From Okamejei kenojei (taxonomy: Eukaryota): DNA of 64,000 bases. The translations under genes and the position numbers were made by a program. Positions within the stretch are counted from its first letter, which is position 1. Every line of letters begins with the position of its first letter. The stretch covers positions 18,662,001-18,726,000 of the forward strand of contig CM069165.1 in NCBI GenBank assembly GCA_035221665.1, written 5' to 3'. Below, piece after piece: positions 61,700-64,000 of this stretch. Under the pieces are notes generated by a model. The model ran no database searches. It saw nothing but the letters and a program-made list of their open reading frames with translations, and was not told the origin of the DNA.

Positions 61700-62400
61700 C
61701 ATGAGTAGTTGCACTTTGGTATGTCAATCCAGAGCAGGATCTGTACAATAAGCCCTGGAAAATGTTGGAAAACAGAGATCAGCGAGTACAGGTGCACTGT
61801 TCCCTGAAAGTGGTAAATCATGTGAACAGGACAGTGAAGGCAACATTTAGCATGCTCGCCTTCAATGGGAAGAACATAGAGTACAAACGTTGTGACATCA
61901 TAATGCAGCTGTACAAAACATGGGTGAGATTGCATTTGGAGTACTGTGTGCCGTTCTGATCACCTAGCTAAAGGAAGGGTGTTATAAGTTAGACAGGGAG
62001 CAGAAGACAATGCCCATATGTAACTGAGACGTGGGCTTGAGTTATAGGGAGAGGTTGCAAAGGATGAGACTTTTCCCTTTGGAGCATAGGAGGCTGAGCG
62101 ACAACATTATTGAGGGGAATGGATCACATAAACGCTCATAGCTAATTTCCCCAGGGTAGAAGATTCAAATACTAAATATCAAAGGTTTATGATGAGAGTA
62201 GAGAGATTTAAGTGGGTCATCAGGGGTAACTTTTTCCACTCAAAAGATTGGCCATATCTGGAATGAACTGCTAGAGCAAGCTTTAGAAGCTAATGCAATT
62301 ACAAACTACAAAAGCCTTCTTAACAAATATATGATCAGAAGAGTTCATAGGGCTATGGGTCAAATATAGGCAAATAGGATGAACCAAATGGTCCATACAG
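61700..62400 (+). mobile_element. Degraded CR1 LINE ORF2 3' fragment
   Basis: ORF 61762-61959 reads VHCSLKV..VKATFSMLAF..IEYK..QLYKTWVRLHLEYCV, CR1 post-RT motifs. Confidence 0.85.
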
Positions 62401-62829
62401 ATTACACAAGGTGAGCCAAAGTCACAGTTTCTGCTGTATAGCTAACTACTCAAATTATCCAGGAACAAGTGTCCTCAAGTGTGAACAAAATGCATCCCCA
62501 GAGGAGGTGTTGGCACCGATTAGTGGGCAACTCCCACATCAGAAGTCTGTGGATCCATGTCCCACCTCAGGAGTAGCTTCACCTGAAAATTAATGCATCA
62601 CAAGGTGCTGACAACACCACTTCTCGAACAATTCAGAAAAAACTGCCAATGCTGGAATCTTGAGCAAAAAAATAAAGGAAATCATATGGATAGGTAGCAT
62701 CTGCGGAGGGAAAAGACAAATTATGTTTCTGGCCAGCTTTCTTCAGCTGGCCTTGAGTAAATAAAAGTGCCATCACAAAAACCTAACCTGACTGAGTAAA
62801 GCAATGCCAGAGGATACTACTCTTTATGG

Positions 62830-63530
62830 AGTAGCACCACACTGCTAAACGAGCCTTCGGACCTTCGATAAGCTCGGGCCTTGTCCAGCATACCTCATTA
62901 CAGACATTGAACTTTGTCTCCAGAAGTGCTACGATACAACACCGAGATCTTTATTCTGCTCTCTGTACCCTGCTCATCATTCCATATTTTGTGCCGCAAG
63001 TCCTCACCTTTCACCCCATCAGCCGTCGCGTACAGCACATAATCCTCCAACATTTTTGCCAACTCCAACGGGATCCCACCACTCGTCACATCTTACCATC
63101 TGCACCCCTTTCCGCAGAGTTACCTCCGCACCTGGTTAACTTGTCCATTCCCACCCAAATTACCGCCACCCCAGGTACCTTCCCCTGCAACCATAGGAGG
63201 TGCAACGCCTGACCCTATACCTCTTCCCTCAACTCTGTCCAGGGACCCCAACCGTCCTTTCAGGTAAGGAAGAGTTCATTTACACCTCCTCCAACCTCAT
63301 CTACTGTTCCAGGTGTGGACTCCTATATCAGCGATGCCAAGTGCAAACTGGACGATCTATGTACCTCTTCATATCTCTTGTTTTCCTCTCCCCCGACACT
63401 CAATCTGAAGAGCCTCAACCAGAAACATCATCTATTCCTTTTGTCCAGAGATGCTGTCTGACCCTCTGAGTTATGCTGGCTTTTTGTGTCTTTCTTGTGT
63501 GTAAACCAGCATCTGCAGTTCCTTCCTACA
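62830..63530 (+). mobile_element. Degraded Penelope-like element, 3' portion
   Basis: VLTFHPISRRVQHIILQHFCQLQRDPTTRHI..PGTFPCNHRRC and [16 protein letters not shown] (GIY-YIG region), ending in the common terminal motif. Confidence 0.85.
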
Positions 63531-63789
63531 TGTTTTGCCTTGGTTATATGTGTATAGTATTATCTGATTTTACTGGATAGCATGCAAGCTGTCCACTGCA
63601 CTTCATTATACGGGACAATTGTAGAGTTAAATCAACTGATCTCAACTTTCGGGTAAGACCAACTCATCTCCTCTATCAGGTGAGATGTTCACTCATCTCT
63701 TCTGTCAGATTAATGTAAAAGTTGCATTTTGAAGCGTTGATAAGTTTTCTCCAGAACCTCTGCCATTCCACAAATGGATCGGGTACTTT

Positions 63790-64000
63790 TACCCAGAGTA
63801 AGGAAATCGAGGACTAGAGGACATAGGCTCAAGGTGAAGGGGAAAAGATCCGCGAAGTAACTTTTTCCACACAGAGGGTGGTGGGTGTATGGAACAAGCT
63901 GCCAGAGGAAGTAGCTGAGGCTGGGAATATCCCATCATTTAAGAAACAGTTGGACAGGTACATGGATAAGACATGTATGTTGGGTTATGGACCAAGCGCA
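63790..64000 (+). mobile_element. CR1 LINE 3' fragment running off the window end
   Basis: aggactagaggacataggctcaagg..tttttccacacagagggtggtgggtgtatggaacaagctgccag (RTRGHRLK..FFTQRVVGVWNKLP-like). Confidence 0.85.

Noticed and set aside
1-64000. Prokaryotic systems (CRISPR arrays, operons, defence islands)
   Set aside because: The sequence is intron-rich vertebrate DNA. The recurring motifs are dispersed retroelement termini, not regularly spaced repeat-spacer arrays.

Overview
This is vertebrate genomic DNA, not prokaryotic. The repeat landscape (HE1-type V-SINEs, CR1 tails, abundant short Penelope-derived elements) points to a cartilaginous fish, probably a skate or ray (inference). Most entries in the ORF track are spurious or are exon fragments. 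There are two convergent spliced genes. (1) On the + strand, an NDNF-family gene (exons 4064-4263, 5132-5235, 6557-7921, plus a likely upstream exon ending at 1727) carries a single 1-nt frameshift at about 6793-6796. (2) On the - strand, a complete SEC24C coding sequence of 22 exons (53991 to 15999, 1105 aa, all GT-AG with matching phases). SEC24C also has a 69-nt cassette exon absent from the ORF track that duplicates the R-[LI]-DPD-x-IPSP motif, a second candidate in-frame exon, and a candidate 3'UTR intron. Introns hold V-SINEs, CR1, L1-like and Rex-like LINE fragments, a Harbinger-like MITE, and many Penelope-derived elements with minimal hammerhead-ribozyme cores, often as fold-back palindromes with target-site duplications. 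I see no clearly new biological system. The best leads are the frameshifted NDNF paralog, the hidden SEC24C exons and UTR intron, and a possible strand bias in ribozyme-core integrity. All coordinates were read by eye; repeat boundaries are approximate.
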